Source of the DNA: a virus
Lineage: Duplodnaviria; Caudoviricetes
Length of the DNA: 56,278 bases
IMG/VR virus record: IMGVR_UViG_3300006916_000005
Span: 1 to 56,278 of that record
Reading direction: 5' to 3' (one strand)
Shown here: piece by piece, positions 1 through 8,584 of the stretch
How the letters are laid out: every line of letters begins with the position of its first letter
Numbering within the stretch: the stretch's first letter is position 1
The notes under the pieces: generated by a model
Databases searched by the model: none
What the model was told of the DNA's origin: nothing
The model's input: only the letters and a program-made list of their open reading frames with translations
Position numbers and translations under genes: made by a program

Positions 1-123
1 CCAGAGCTTCGTGGATGCTCGCGGCGTTGTGGATGGTCGTCTTGCGACCTGTGGCTTCGTCGTGGACGGTTGCCATCGGACCTTCGCCCGGGAAGACGGT
101 CAGGACGCCGATGTCCTTGTCAC
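1..123. repeat. Terminal direct repeat (left copy), most likely circular-assembly overlap
   Basis: 1-123 is identical to 56156-56278 and lies inside an ORF that reads through the junction. Confidence 0.95.
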
Positions 124-184
124 CGTCTAACAGGTCCCAGATCGGGACGTCCTTGGCTGTGCGCTTTGCGATGAATTGTGTCAT
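1..184 (-). CDS. 5' part of a 123-aa hypothetical protein spanning the circular junction
   Basis: ATG at 184 behind a GGAG RBS and a promoter repeat; reads MTQFIAKRTAKDVPIWDLL...GEGP in frame into the 55968..56231 ORF. Confidence 0.85.
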   Translation of the reverse strand, partial: MTQFIAKRTAKDVPIWDLLDGDKDIGVLTVFPGEGPMATVHDEATGRKTTIHNAASIHEAL

Positions 185-194
185 GTGTCTGTCT

Positions 195-240
195 CCGTTT
201 CTGATATCAGAAAACTAGACGGCTTTTCGGCGGAAGTAAA
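195..240 (-). promoter_or_regulatory. Promoter/leader repeat copy 1 (divergent)
   Basis: TTTAC...ATCAGAAACGG at consensus spacing; upstream flank identical to copies 2 and 4. Confidence 0.75.
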
Positions 241-267
241 CCCCTTATTTCGAAACAGTCTGTTTCC

Positions 268-296
268 AAAAAGAAAGGGGCGACCGAAGCCGCCCC
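268..296 (-). terminator. Rho-independent terminator after the major tail gene
   Basis: GGGGCGGC-TTCG-GTCGCCCC stem followed by TTTCTTTTT. Confidence 0.85.
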
Positions 297-322
297 AGTT
301 GTTCACGAGGGACAGTGTGAAT

Positions 323-1945
323 TTAGGTGTCGGCGACGTCCGGAAGATAGTCGAACTCGCAGAGCATCAGCGTGTGACCGAAGTTCTCGTATTCAGCCGC
401 TTGGACATCGAGGGGAAGTGTGATTGCTTCGTCCTGTGCGACGTTCGCCCGACCATCGCCCAGAGCGATCAGTGGGACGTCCCAGACGAGGCCGGTCTTC
501 CGGGCTTCTGTGCCGGTCCCGAAGTCCTTGACCAGAGCGATGTCGAGGGTGACGTCGGCGTTATTCCGAACAGCGTCCACGCTCGCCACGTCGGCGAAGT
601 AGGCGGTGACGGAGCCGGAGACCTCGAAGTTCCCGAGGCTGACATCGAACGCTCCCAGAACGCCGACCGCTTTGTTCGGCGAGGCGTTGTTGTTCACGTT
701 CAGGGTCGTCTCCGTGACGTAGGCGAACAGAGGCGTCGGAGCGCCTTGGTTGCTTGGTCGAACTTGGGCCATCCTGATCCGGCTGAAGTCGGAGCTGGTG
801 TTGTAGGCGGTCGCGCTCTCGATCGTCGCGTCCGTCCCGCTCTCCGTGGGCTTCGTGTCGGTGTCGGCATAGTTGGTCTTGTCCGTGCCGATGAACGTGA
901 AGTCCGCCATCAGCTTGTCCGCTTGGGCGATGTTCAGGGAGAACTCGTTCAGGACAGAGCCTTCGAGGACTTCCGCCTGATAGTCGTTCGTCGAGCCGGG
1001 GTTCGGTATGCCCAGTTGGCGCTCGATCGCCCAAGTGTGGCGGTCGAAGAGAGGGTCGTTCGTCCCGACGTTGCGTGTCACGCCGCCGAAGAAGATTTGA
1101 ACCGTCTCGCCACCGGAGAGGCTTTCGGAAGACATCTCTGTCTCCCCATCAGCGCCGCCGCCGGTCTTGTCGAGCTGGATCACGCCGGTCGCGATGTTCG
1201 CGACAGAGCTGACACGACAGAAGCCAAGGTTCGAGGCCGTCGTGAACTTGGTCGCGGTGGTGTCGCCGCCGATGTAGATGAACTCGCCGATCTGGAGACC
1301 GAGGTTAGTCAGGTTCGTCGTCGCGTCGGAGGTGATCGTGGGAAGGTTGCCGCCACCGGCGACGACGTTGGCGTCGTCCGCTGGGAACTGGTAGCCCACA
1401 AGGACCATCTTGAAGTCGGCTCCCGGCGTCTCTGCGACGAACGTGGAACCGGCGAAGGTCAGGGTCGTGTCCGTGGTGAACCCCGAACCTGTGAGAATGT
1501 GGAGGCCGTTGTTCGAGCTGTTCGTCATGCCGGAGACGAAGAAGATCATCCCGTCGAGAAGCTCGCCTGTGATGTCCACGCCGGTCGCCGTCATGGTCGT
1601 CGCGGTCCCGCCGACGTCGTCGACAGAAGCGGTCGCGCCAAGATAGGACAGCTTCGCTTCCTTCGTGGACATGAATAGGCTGGGCCATAGGTGGGCGAGG
1701 TTCGTGAAGGTCACGTCCTGATTGAAGCCACCCGTTGCGTCCAGATCAGTGATCACGCCCTTCTTGCGTTGACGACCAGCATTGATCGGGTTTCGTGCCA
1801 CCAGAGCGAGCTGTGCGCCGAAGTCCGCGTAGGAGTTCGGCTCCATCTCATACCACGTCGGCGATCCCGGAAGGACGCCCAGCGTGGTCTCTTCGGCCAT
1901 TTTAAGACCGGTGGAATTACTGTCAATTTTGACTTCTTCAGCCAT
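323..1945 (-). CDS. Major tail tube protein
   Basis: 540 aa from MAEEVKIDSN with GGAGAGG RBS; acidic and Thr/Gly-rich; located between the tail terminator and the chaperones; YuA-type tail-tube motifs (VARNPIN..RQRKKG..TDLDA.GG). Confidence 0.85.
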   Translation of the reverse strand: MAEEVKIDSNSTGLKMAEETTLGVLPGSPTWYEMEPNSYADFGAQLALVARNPINAGRQRKKGVITDLDATGGFNQDVTFTNLAHLWPSLFMSTKEAKLSYLGATASVDDVGGTATTMTATGVDITGELLDGMIFFVSGMTNSSNNGLHILTGSGFTTDTTLTFAGSTFVAETPGADFKMVLVGYQFPADDANVVAGGGNLPTITSDATTNLTNLGLQIGEFIYIGGDTTATKFTTASNLGFCRVSSVANIATGVIQLDKTGGGADGETEMSSESLSGGETVQIFFGGVTRNVGTNDPLFDRHTWAIERQLGIPNPGSTNDYQAEVLEGSVLNEFSLNIAQADKLMADFTFIGTDKTNYADTDTKPTESGTDATIESATAYNTSSDFSRIRMAQVRPSNQGAPTPLFAYVTETTLNVNNNASPNKAVGVLGAFDVSLGNFEVSGSVTAYFADVASVDAVRNNADVTLDIALVKDFGTGTEARKTGLVWDVPLIALGDGRANVAQDEAITLPLDVQAAEYENFGHTLMLCEFDYLPDVADT

Positions 1946-1946
1946 A

Positions 1947-2363
1947 TCAGAGCCTCTCCGTATATTCGAAGGTTGCCAGAACATTCGACTGGAACCAGTC
2001 TCCGTCCTGTCCGACCTCGTTCAATGTTACGTCCCGGAACCAAACTCCACCGGGGGTTGCCTGTCCTTGAAACGTATCCAATGCCACCTTAGCAGCGACA
2101 TCGTTGTTCGTCAAACCAGAACCATATCGTGTAAATATCTGGATTGTCACCGTTCCGGAACGACCGAAAATCTTGTTCCCGATCGCGTCGTTGAACCCCG
2201 CCGTGTGAAGGACTGTCGCCCGACACCATATGGGGTCGGTCGGGAGATCGTCGTCAGATGTCCGATCAGCCCACAGGATCGGAGCCGTCGGATAGGCGGC
2301 GACCCATCCGGTCCGGAACAGGGTCAGAATTTCGTCTCTTGCTTCTGCGATTGTCAAGCTCAT
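1947..2363 (-). CDS. Tail terminator/completion protein
   Basis: 138 aa directly upstream of the tail tube gene; G.V.IQIFT..G.G motif. Confidence 0.7.
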   Translation of the reverse strand: MSLTIAEARDEILTLFRTGWVAAYPTAPILWADRTSDDDLPTDPIWCRATVLHTAGFNDAIGNKIFGRSGTVTIQIFTRYGSGLTNNDVAAKVALDTFQGQATPGGVWFRDVTLNEVGQDGDWFQSNVLATFEYTERL

Positions 2364-2364
2364 A

Positions 2365-2763
2365 TTAGCGCCTCACTCCCACATAGTAGAGGATCGTCGG
2401 TCCGTCGTCGTAGCGGAGCGCCTGAACTGGACCGATCTTCCATGTCGTCAAGTCGGTGTCGATGACCTCGTCGAACTCTTCGAGCTTGTCGCTCGACGAT
2501 CCGCCGGGAGCCGCGATCATGATCTGTTCGGCTCGCTTGACCAGCTCGTTCGGCTCCATGCCGAAGCCAAGCGCTGTCACGCCGGTCGGAGGGACCACGA
2601 CGACAGGGACGGAGGCTGAAGCCTCTGGTGTCGTCCGTGGGTCAGCCGCGCCGCGCCACGGCTTCGCCGCGTCATCGGTCGCTCTGGAGAGCTTGATGAA
2701 CGTCACGGTCCGCCCCTTGGCGGCGACCAGCGTGTTCGCTTTATTAGCTTGGGCGATCGTCAC
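2365..2763 (-). CDS. Head closure / head-tail joining protein
   Basis: 132 aa between adaptor and terminator; synteny. Confidence 0.6.
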   Translation of the reverse strand: MTIAQANKANTLVAAKGRTVTFIKLSRATDDAAKPWRGAADPRTTPEASASVPVVVVPPTGVTALGFGMEPNELVKRAEQIMIAAPGGSSSDKLEEFDEVIDTDLTTWKIGPVQALRYDDGPTILYYVGVRR

Positions 2764-3641
2764 CGATAGGACCCCGCTGGCTTCAGGTAAGACTTCAGGA
2801 GGTAGTCAGCCGCCGGATATGGTCGGATCAGGTTCTCGATCGTGGAGCCTTCCGTGAACCGGGTCTCGATCGGACCGATCTTCTCGAACGTGACAGTCCG
2901 ACCGGAGGCGTCGGTCGTCGGGTCTTGGAACAGCTGGGCGTTGTGCGCCCGGATCGCGTATTCGCAGACCGCCCACTTCAGGTTCCGGGGGAGGCCCACG
3001 ACGGTCAGCCCACGGCTGTCCTTGACGCCGGTCCGAGGCCACTGGAGGTTCTGGGAGCCGTAGTCGACGCCGTTGATCATGCCGGTGACGGTGACGTTCG
3101 TCGCCGCTGTCGACAGGGTGATGTCGTTCCCGCTCTCGCCCTCTTGGGCGGCTGTCAGATCGACCGTTGTGGCGTTGATCGCGGCGGTGATGTCTTGGTT
3201 CGCTTGGACGTTGGACGAGTGGAGTGTCGTGTCGGTCGCGCCGATCGCGGCGACAAGGTTCGTCGCCATGGCGGCGGCGTCGGCTCCGATCAGGACCTCG
3301 TTGACGGAGGTCAGGGTCGAGAGAGACGACTTGAATGTGTAAGTGGTCGCGCCGATGACGATCGTCTCGTCGGCGACAGGGAGACCAGCGAACTCGACGA
3401 TCCCTTCAGCGGACCGACCGTTGAAGGCGACAGCCTTCACTCCGAGAAAGCGACTTCCGAAGCGGTTGTCGAGATACTGGGTCGCGTTGATCGCGGCGGC
3501 TTCCTTCTGGGCGGAGGTGGCTGTGTCCCAGCTGTTCTCCGTCGAGCGGTTCCGGTTCGAGAGATAGTTGTCGATGTAGGCAGTCGTGACGTAGGCGTTC
3601 GCGTTCTGAACACCAGCGCCGGTTTCAAGAATGAGTGTCAT
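2760..3641 (-). CDS. Head-tail adaptor (DnaT-like family) with an internal insertion
   Basis: N-terminal LILETG.GV.NANAY, AT.YLD, L.WPR and KIGPIET motifs of this family. Confidence 0.75.
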   Translation of the reverse strand: MTLILETGAGVQNANAYVTTAYIDNYLSNRNRSTENSWDTATSAQKEAAAINATQYLDNRFGSRFLGVKAVAFNGRSAEGIVEFAGLPVADETIVIGATTYTFKSSLSTLTSVNEVLIGADAAAMATNLVAAIGATDTTLHSSNVQANQDITAAINATTVDLTAAQEGESGNDITLSTAATNVTVTGMINGVDYGSQNLQWPRTGVKDSRGLTVVGLPRNLKWAVCEYAIRAHNAQLFQDPTTDASGRTVTFEKIGPIETRFTEGSTIENLIRPYPAADYLLKSYLKPAGSYR

Positions 3642-3682
3642 GTCGAGCCTCCAATCCCTTCTTGTTTATCGGTAGAAGTGGA

Positions 3683-4105
3683 TCATGTGAAGACCCCAGT
3701 CGCGATCGCGGTCGGACGGAACCAGTCATCGAAGACGTGGATCGTCACCGTCCCGGCGATCGCACAGGTCGGAGTGAGTTCCAGAGCGCGTCGGATGTTG
3801 CCCAGCCGGTGGACTTGGTTCGCCGCCAGAGCGGGCGTCCCGATCGTCCGGCTGTCGTTCGTGGCGACTGTCAGCTGACCAGCTGAAACGCCCACAGAGA
3901 AAGAGACGCCCAGCTGGGCGTCCTTCGGGACATCGTAGGCCGTCGTCAGAGGGTTCGTCGCCGCGACCGTCCCCATATTGGCAGGGGACGCGATGTCGGT
4001 GTCGAAGCTCTGGTGGTCTTGGGCGGAGCTTCTCCGTTCGCGGGCGTGAAATAGCGCCGCCTGTTCGGCTTCGGTCAGTTCCTTAAACGATTGAAGCTCC
4101 GCCAT
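3683..4105 (-). CDS. Hypothetical protein (head module)
   Basis: 140 aa, in operon, phage-like codon usage. Confidence 0.7.
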   Translation of the reverse strand: MAELQSFKELTEAEQAALFHARERRSSAQDHQSFDTDIASPANMGTVAATNPLTTAYDVPKDAQLGVSFSVGVSAGQLTVATNDSRTIGTPALAANQVHRLGNIRRALELTPTCAIAGTVTIHVFDDWFRPTAIATGVFT

Positions 4106-4108
4106 CTG

Positions 4109-4840
4109 TTACTTCCTGACAGGGAGACCCATTGCGGGTCGGGTTGATCCAAGGGAGGCTTTACGCTGTCCCATTGCTTGGTCGATCGGTGCCTTGATCC
4201 CCAGCTCCTTCACCACGTCTTGCGCCGTGGTTCCGGCGGCGATGAAGGCCCGGGCGCGCTCCGCCTTTTCGGCACGAGCGGCGGCTTGCCGTTCAAGGAA
4301 CGTCTTGATCGAGGTTTTGTCCGTTTCGGGTCGAGACTTGCGAACCCGATCGCGGACCCGGACGATGATGTCCGAACGTCGCGCCCACAGGTTGATCTCG
4401 TTCGTCAGTTTGTTGTGGGCTTTCTGGAGGCCGTTCAGCTTCCGATCGGCGGCGGCGATCCAGCGCTCCAGAGCGTCGATGTCGTTCCCGAGATCGGAAG
4501 GTTCAGCAGCAAGGATTTCTTCGTCGTCGAATTCGTCCAAGTTCACTTCTTCGTCTTCTTTGACACTTTGAGCATCTGATGCTTTGGCGAGGATTTCCTG
4601 ATCTTCGAACTCTTCCTCGATTGTCTTGTCCGCCACGAAACTCGTCGGCTCCGGAGCGTCTGATCGTTTGATGTCGGAAGGAACGTCCTTCCGTGTGACC
4701 TTGTTCCCCGTCCATTCTGACAGAACAGCGAGAACTGGAAGTCCGTCGCCTGTCCAGTGGTCGTCGTTCGAGGGGTCGAGTTGCGCCAGAGCGGCGGCAA
4801 GTGGCATGTTCATTTTGTTCTCCATGCGGTTCTGTTTCAT
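4109..4840 (-). CDS. Hypothetical protein (head module), start uncertain
   Basis: 243 aa; N-terminal LD..ND.HWT.DG.P motif seen in phage head regions; acidic and coiled-coil segments. Confidence 0.7.
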   Translation of the reverse strand: MKQNRMENKMNMPLAAALAQLDPSNDDHWTGDGLPVLAVLSEWTGNKVTRKDVPSDIKRSDAPEPTSFVADKTIEEEFEDQEILAKASDAQSVKEDEEVNLDEFDDEEILAAEPSDLGNDIDALERWIAAADRKLNGLQKAHNKLTNEINLWARRSDIIVRVRDRVRKSRPETDKTSIKTFLERQAAARAEKAERARAFIAAGTTAQDVVKELGIKAPIDQAMGQRKASLGSTRPAMGLPVRK

Positions 4841-4895
4841 ATGCGAACGCCCGGAGCATAGCCCGGGCGCTCGTCTAGTTCAAGTCTGGTCGACG

Positions 4896-5420
4896 TTAGT
4901 CATCCAGAAGGGTGATGAACGTGAACTCGATCACGCCTTGCGCCTGAAGATCGACCGACGTGTCGTCGGTGATGTTGGCGGCGTCGATCAGGACGTTCAG
5001 GTTCAGTTCCAGATCGGCGGCTGTGTTGTCGAAGACAGCGTCCGTCCCGTTGATGACGTTTTTCAGCGGAGACACTTCAGCCGTAGCAGCGCCAAGAGCG
5101 GTCGATGCGATCACGTTGACGTCGGTCCCGGTGATGGTCGCGTCGCCAGCCGGGGTCGTTCCGACACCGAAGTCACCGTCGAAAGTGTCGGCGAGGTTGG
5201 CATCAGCACCAGAGCCGGAGAACGTGACGGCGATCGCCGCGCCCAGCATCTTGATTTGACCCTCCGGTAGACCGGAGAGAACGACGGAGCCGAAGCCGAT
5301 CGCCGCGCCTGTTGCCGTGACTGTGACGGTATGATCAATTCCGACCCGGAGCTTCGAGACGACTTGAGCTTGATACCCGCCGCGACCGCCTCCGAGGGAA
5401 CGTGGAAGTCCTTTTCCCAT
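4896..5420 (-). CDS. Putative virion/capsid decoration protein
   Basis: 174 aa, beta-rich, strong AAGGAGG RBS, directly after the capsid gene. Confidence 0.6.
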   Translation of the reverse strand: MGKGLPRSLGGGRGGYQAQVVSKLRVGIDHTVTVTATGAAIGFGSVVLSGLPEGQIKMLGAAIAVTFSGSGADANLADTFDGDFGVGTTPAGDATITGTDVNVIASTALGAATAEVSPLKNVINGTDAVFDNTAADLELNLNVLIDAANITDDTSVDLQAQGVIEFTFITLLDD

Positions 5421-5454
5421 TTTATCCTCCTTTAAGGATTTAGATGAAGGTTGA

Positions 5455-5476
5455 AGGGGCGACCGAAGCCGCCCCT
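5455..5476 (-). terminator. cUUCGg hairpin after the major capsid gene (weak U-tract)
   Basis: Same GGGGCGGCTTCGGTCGCCCC stem as 277-296. Confidence 0.6.
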
Positions 5477-5484
5477 CTGGTCGA

Positions 5485-6588
5485 TTATGCCTCGCGGGTG
5501 ATCAGCTTGGCAAATTTGACTTGCTTCCGCTCGCCGTAGACACGGTTCCAGCTGGTCGCAATGTTCAGGTTGTTGGTCGTCGCAGCGTTGGACGGACCAC
5601 CGTTCGCCGGGGAGGCGGCGGTGAAGGCATGGCCCACCGGATGGATCGACCATTCCTGACGCGAGTGAAGCGTCTCGGAGCCGCCACCGTTACCGGCGGA
5701 AGCCTGACGTTCCACTTCGGTCGGAACCTTGGCGGAACCGACGCCCAGCTGGGTCGCGCCCGAACCGAACAACCACGTCTCGTAGGTGTTCGCCACGGAG
5801 GCGGTGCCATCGCCACGAACGGCGGAGGTGCCACTGGGCATCCCGTCGTCGACGATGACTTCAGCGCCAAGGAAGGTCGGGATTTGGGTTTCGCCACGGG
5901 CGTCCGGGATGAAGTCGATCAGGTTGTTCTTCTGCATCCGGTTGTAGACGACAGAGTGAACCATGACCATCGAAAGGTCTTCCATGCTGTCGCCCATCGT
6001 CACTTTCGCGTCGAGGTAGGCTTCAGCCGAGAAGTTGGTCACGCCATCGACGAAGCTCGCGCCGACGATGTCGTTCGCATAGTCGCCGCTGTCGTTGACA
6101 CCGTTGTCCTTGCAAACGCCCTGCCAAGTCGCGATGAAAGCCGCCTGAAGACGCCGCGCCCAGTAGGTGGCGACACGTTGGGCGATAGAGTTCATCGGGT
6201 CGTCGCCAGCCAGCGCAGCGGCAAGGTCTGCCGAGTTCCAGCTGTTGTTGCGCGACAGACGGACCGCGATCTCTTGGATCGCTGACGTGTCGTTCGGCGC
6301 GCTGTCGAGACCGGTTCCGGGCCATGCGTTGGCAATGGTCGCGGCGATGCGATCGGCGATGTCGTCTGTCGAGACATTGTCCGCGTCGTTGTCAAGGTCT
6401 AGCCATGAGGGAACGTTGAACGTCAGACCGCCACCAGCAAGCATCTGATCCATCAGAGCGTTGCGAGCTAGAGCGCCGGACTGGATCAGTCGGGACTTCT
6501 CTTCGGTCAGCTGTTGAACGTAACCGGTGAAGATTTCAGGGACGATGACGTCGTCGACCTGAGTGATATTGTCATTTGCGCCAGCCAT
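5485..6588 (-). CDS. Major capsid protein
   Basis: 367 aa from MAGANDN with GGAGG RBS; DVIVPEIF..YV, VHS.VY, G..VIVDD.MP and W.RVY.ERKQ motifs; follows the scaffold gene. Confidence 0.9.
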   Translation of the reverse strand: MAGANDNITQVDDVIVPEIFTGYVQQLTEEKSRLIQSGALARNALMDQMLAGGGLTFNVPSWLDLDNDADNVSTDDIADRIAATIANAWPGTGLDSAPNDTSAIQEIAVRLSRNNSWNSADLAAALAGDDPMNSIAQRVATYWARRLQAAFIATWQGVCKDNGVNDSGDYANDIVGASFVDGVTNFSAEAYLDAKVTMGDSMEDLSMVMVHSVVYNRMQKNNLIDFIPDARGETQIPTFLGAEVIVDDGMPSGTSAVRGDGTASVANTYETWLFGSGATQLGVGSAKVPTEVERQASAGNGGGSETLHSRQEWSIHPVGHAFTAASPANGGPSNAATTNNLNIATSWNRVYGERKQVKFAKLITREA

Positions 6589-6639
6589 GGGATAAATCCT
6601 CCGTTTTGAGTTAGGCTGTGAAAGGTTCAGAGCCTTCGG

Positions 6640-6729
6640 GAACCCCATGGTCCTTATTGGCTATCATGGTGTGTCCGAGACCCCATGGCCCCAGACGAAA
6701 AGAGCGACCGGACCCATGTCCGATCGCTC
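6640..6729 (-). promoter_or_regulatory. Structured capsid-gene leader with three AUGG-loop hairpins
   Basis: Stems at 6702-6729 (12 bp), 6673-6696 (10 bp) and 6640-6653 (5 bp), all with loop AUGG; G-U pairs form only on the mRNA strand. Confidence 0.75.
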
Positions 6730-6732
6730 CCT

Positions 6733-6760
6733 AAGATAGCGTCTGTTTCGCGTTTGTAAA
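6733..6760 (-). promoter_or_regulatory. Putative sigma70-type promoter for the capsid gene
   Basis: TTTACA-N16-TATCTT. Confidence 0.55.
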
Positions 6761-6766
6761 CAGCCT

Positions 6767-7606
6767 TTATTTCTTGCGAGGTTTCCCGCCGGTCAGAGTG
6801 GTCCCAGCGGCGGTCGCCATCTGAGCGCCGTATTCCCGGCCCTTCGACTTGACGACCTCCATCTGTTTCGTGACGTTCCAGCCGTCGGCGGACCACGGGT
6901 TCGACGATCCGGACATCGTTCCAGCTCCACGACCAGCACCAGCCGCGCCGCCACCTTGCGACGGAGGCCACCAGTGCGGGCGCTTATCTTGCATGTCCTG
7001 AAGCCAGACGCCAGCCTCGACGCCGGGGGTCACGCCCACGCCGTCACGGGTGACGATGGTTCCATCTTCAGTGACCTCGAAGACCCGTTCGGCGAGGAAT
7101 AGGGCGTCCTCGTGGGCTTCCGGGATCACCTTCTGTTCGACCAGAGCTTCGCGGACCGTGTCGTGGATCGCGCGGCGTGTGTTCTGGACTTTGAAGGTCT
7201 GGTTCTCTTCGCGGAGAGCGTTCAGCTCCTTCTCCGCTTGCGACAGCTGTCGCTGAAGGGGAGCTTCGCGGGACTTGATCGTCCCCTCGACCCGGCGGTT
7301 CACGATCTCGTCGATCGCAGCTTCGTCGAGCTTGCCAGCGGCGGCGGCTTCGAGTTCGGGGAGCTTGTCGAGCTTGGACTGGAGTTCCTCCAGATCGCCC
7401 AGCGCGCTCCATGGTTCGAGAGCTTGTTTCGCTTGCTGGTGGTCGTTGCGCTCCTTCAGGAGAGCCGACTGAACCCGCTCGAAGTCAGCTTGGGTCTTGA
7501 CCCCGGCGATGCCGGTCAGCTCGAACTTGCCACCTTTTTCGGTGTAGAGGTCGCGGTAGACCTCCGGGATGTCGTCGATTGTGTCATGAATTGCTTGGAG
7601 TGACAT
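6767..7606 (-). CDS. Capsid scaffolding protein
   Basis: 279 aa from MSLQAIHD; coiled-coil, C-terminal PHWW..S.GGGA and NPW motifs; upstream of the capsid gene. Confidence 0.8.
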   Translation of the reverse strand: MSLQAIHDTIDDIPEVYRDLYTEKGGKFELTGIAGVKTQADFERVQSALLKERNDHQQAKQALEPWSALGDLEELQSKLDKLPELEAAAAGKLDEAAIDEIVNRRVEGTIKSREAPLQRQLSQAEKELNALREENQTFKVQNTRRAIHDTVREALVEQKVIPEAHEDALFLAERVFEVTEDGTIVTRDGVGVTPGVEAGVWLQDMQDKRPHWWPPSQGGGAAGAGRGAGTMSGSSNPWSADGWNVTKQMEVVKSKGREYGAQMATAAGTTLTGGKPRKK

Positions 7607-7617
7607 GTCTGTCCTTT

Positions 7618-7700
7618 CTGTCTGCCCATGCAGTTGCATCAGTGGACCCCATGGCCCACTCGATGCGGGGACCTTACATGGGCAGACAGTAGAACGTCAA
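7618..7700 (-). promoter_or_regulatory. Scaffold promoter/leader with AUGG hairpins and a 13-bp inverted repeat
   Basis: TTGACG-N18-TAAGGT at 7671-7700; hairpins at 7636-7666 and 7622-7633; perfect inverted repeat 7618-7630 / 7677-7689. Confidence 0.65.
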
Positions 7701-8107
7701 GCGTCCTCGCCCCGGAGGATCATCACGATGTCCAGACAGGCGGACAGCTGTTCCGGAATGGCGGTGAAGATCACCATCACCGGGAACGGTCGTTCACTGG
7801 TGACTGAGAAATAGAACCCTGTGACTGTAGCTCCATGAACTGGGTGGACGAAATTAATGCGGTTCAAGAAGGTCAGGGCGAAGTCGTCTTCGACTTTCGA
7901 GATCGAGCCGTAGCAAACGCCACGAGGGGACTTGATCAGATACCCGTCGACCATTCCATCGGGCGATCGGAAGGTGGTGAACTTCTCGACGTCGTGGTTC
8001 TGGAAGATGCCTTCGATCTCCGGCAAGGTCTCCGCGTTCGAGAATATGGGGACGAAGATCAGAAGCCCAGTGATCAGGGCGGCGAGGTAGTTGTTGCGGT
8101 TGAACAT
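7697..8107 (-). CDS. Hypothetical secreted/periplasmic protein
   Basis: 136 aa, signal-peptide-like N-terminus, AAGGAG RBS. Confidence 0.75.
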   Translation of the reverse strand: MFNRNNYLAALITGLLIFVPIFSNAETLPEIEGIFQNHDVEKFTTFRSPDGMVDGYLIKSPRGVCYGSISKVEDDFALTFLNRINFVHPVHGATVTGFYFSVTSERPFPVMVIFTAIPEQLSACLDIVMILRGEDA

Positions 8108-8162
8108 AGTTCTCTCCTTGGGTTGTGGGTTGGGCGAGTGTGGAGGCTCGCCCCGGCAGCTG

Positions 8163-8414
8163 TCAAGCTCGACGATGTTCGGTCCACTCTTCCGAGGTCT
8201 GCCAGCCCATGGACGCCTCGTCGGTTGCCGCGTGGGTGTGGAGGATGACGCCGACGATGAAGTAGCTGTGGTCGGGGTCCATCTCTTCCCAGCATCGACA
8301 CATCAGGCTAGCTTGCGAGACAGCGTCCTCGATCGACAAGGTGTTCAGGAACTCCGTCCGGGAGCGGTTCCCGTGGATCGCGGAGTAGCGGTTGAATGTG
8401 ACGCGAAAGTCCAT
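8163..8414 (-). CDS. Hypothetical protein
   Basis: 83 aa, AAGGAG RBS, coupled to the upstream stop. Confidence 0.7.
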   Translation of the reverse strand: MDFRVTFNRYSAIHGNRSRTEFLNTLSIEDAVSQASLMCRCWEEMDPDHSYFIVGVILHTHAATDEASMGWQTSEEWTEHRRA

Positions 8415-8584
8415 CAGTTGATCTCCTTCAGGCTGGAGGTTGCGACGACGCGGGTGGTGAAGCGTGTCCGCTCCCAGTAGGCGTTGTCCTTGACCCGGAC
8501 GACGGTCAGGACGCCGTCCGAGTTGATGATCTCACAGCGAACGTCTGTCGCTGTGAGGTGGGTCGGGTTGAAGGTGGCGTTCAT
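8414..8584 (-). CDS. Hypothetical protein
   Basis: 56 aa from MNATFNP; ATGA overlap with the upstream gene. Confidence 0.65.
   Translation of the reverse strand: MNATFNPTHLTATDVRCEIINSDGVLTVVRVKDNAYWERTRFTTRVVATSSLKEIN

Noticed and set aside
1-123. 123-bp terminal repeat as a biological DTR
   Set aside because: It falls in the middle of a gene with no terminus-like context, as expected for a circular assembly overlap
4843-4873. Intergenic hairpin as another AUGG-loop copy
   Set aside because: The loop region reads CUAUG with a different closure; probably an ordinary stability hairpin
6589-6766. tRNA or known riboswitch in the capsid leader
   Set aside because: No cloverleaf, T-loop or recognisable aptamer; reported instead as AUGG hairpins
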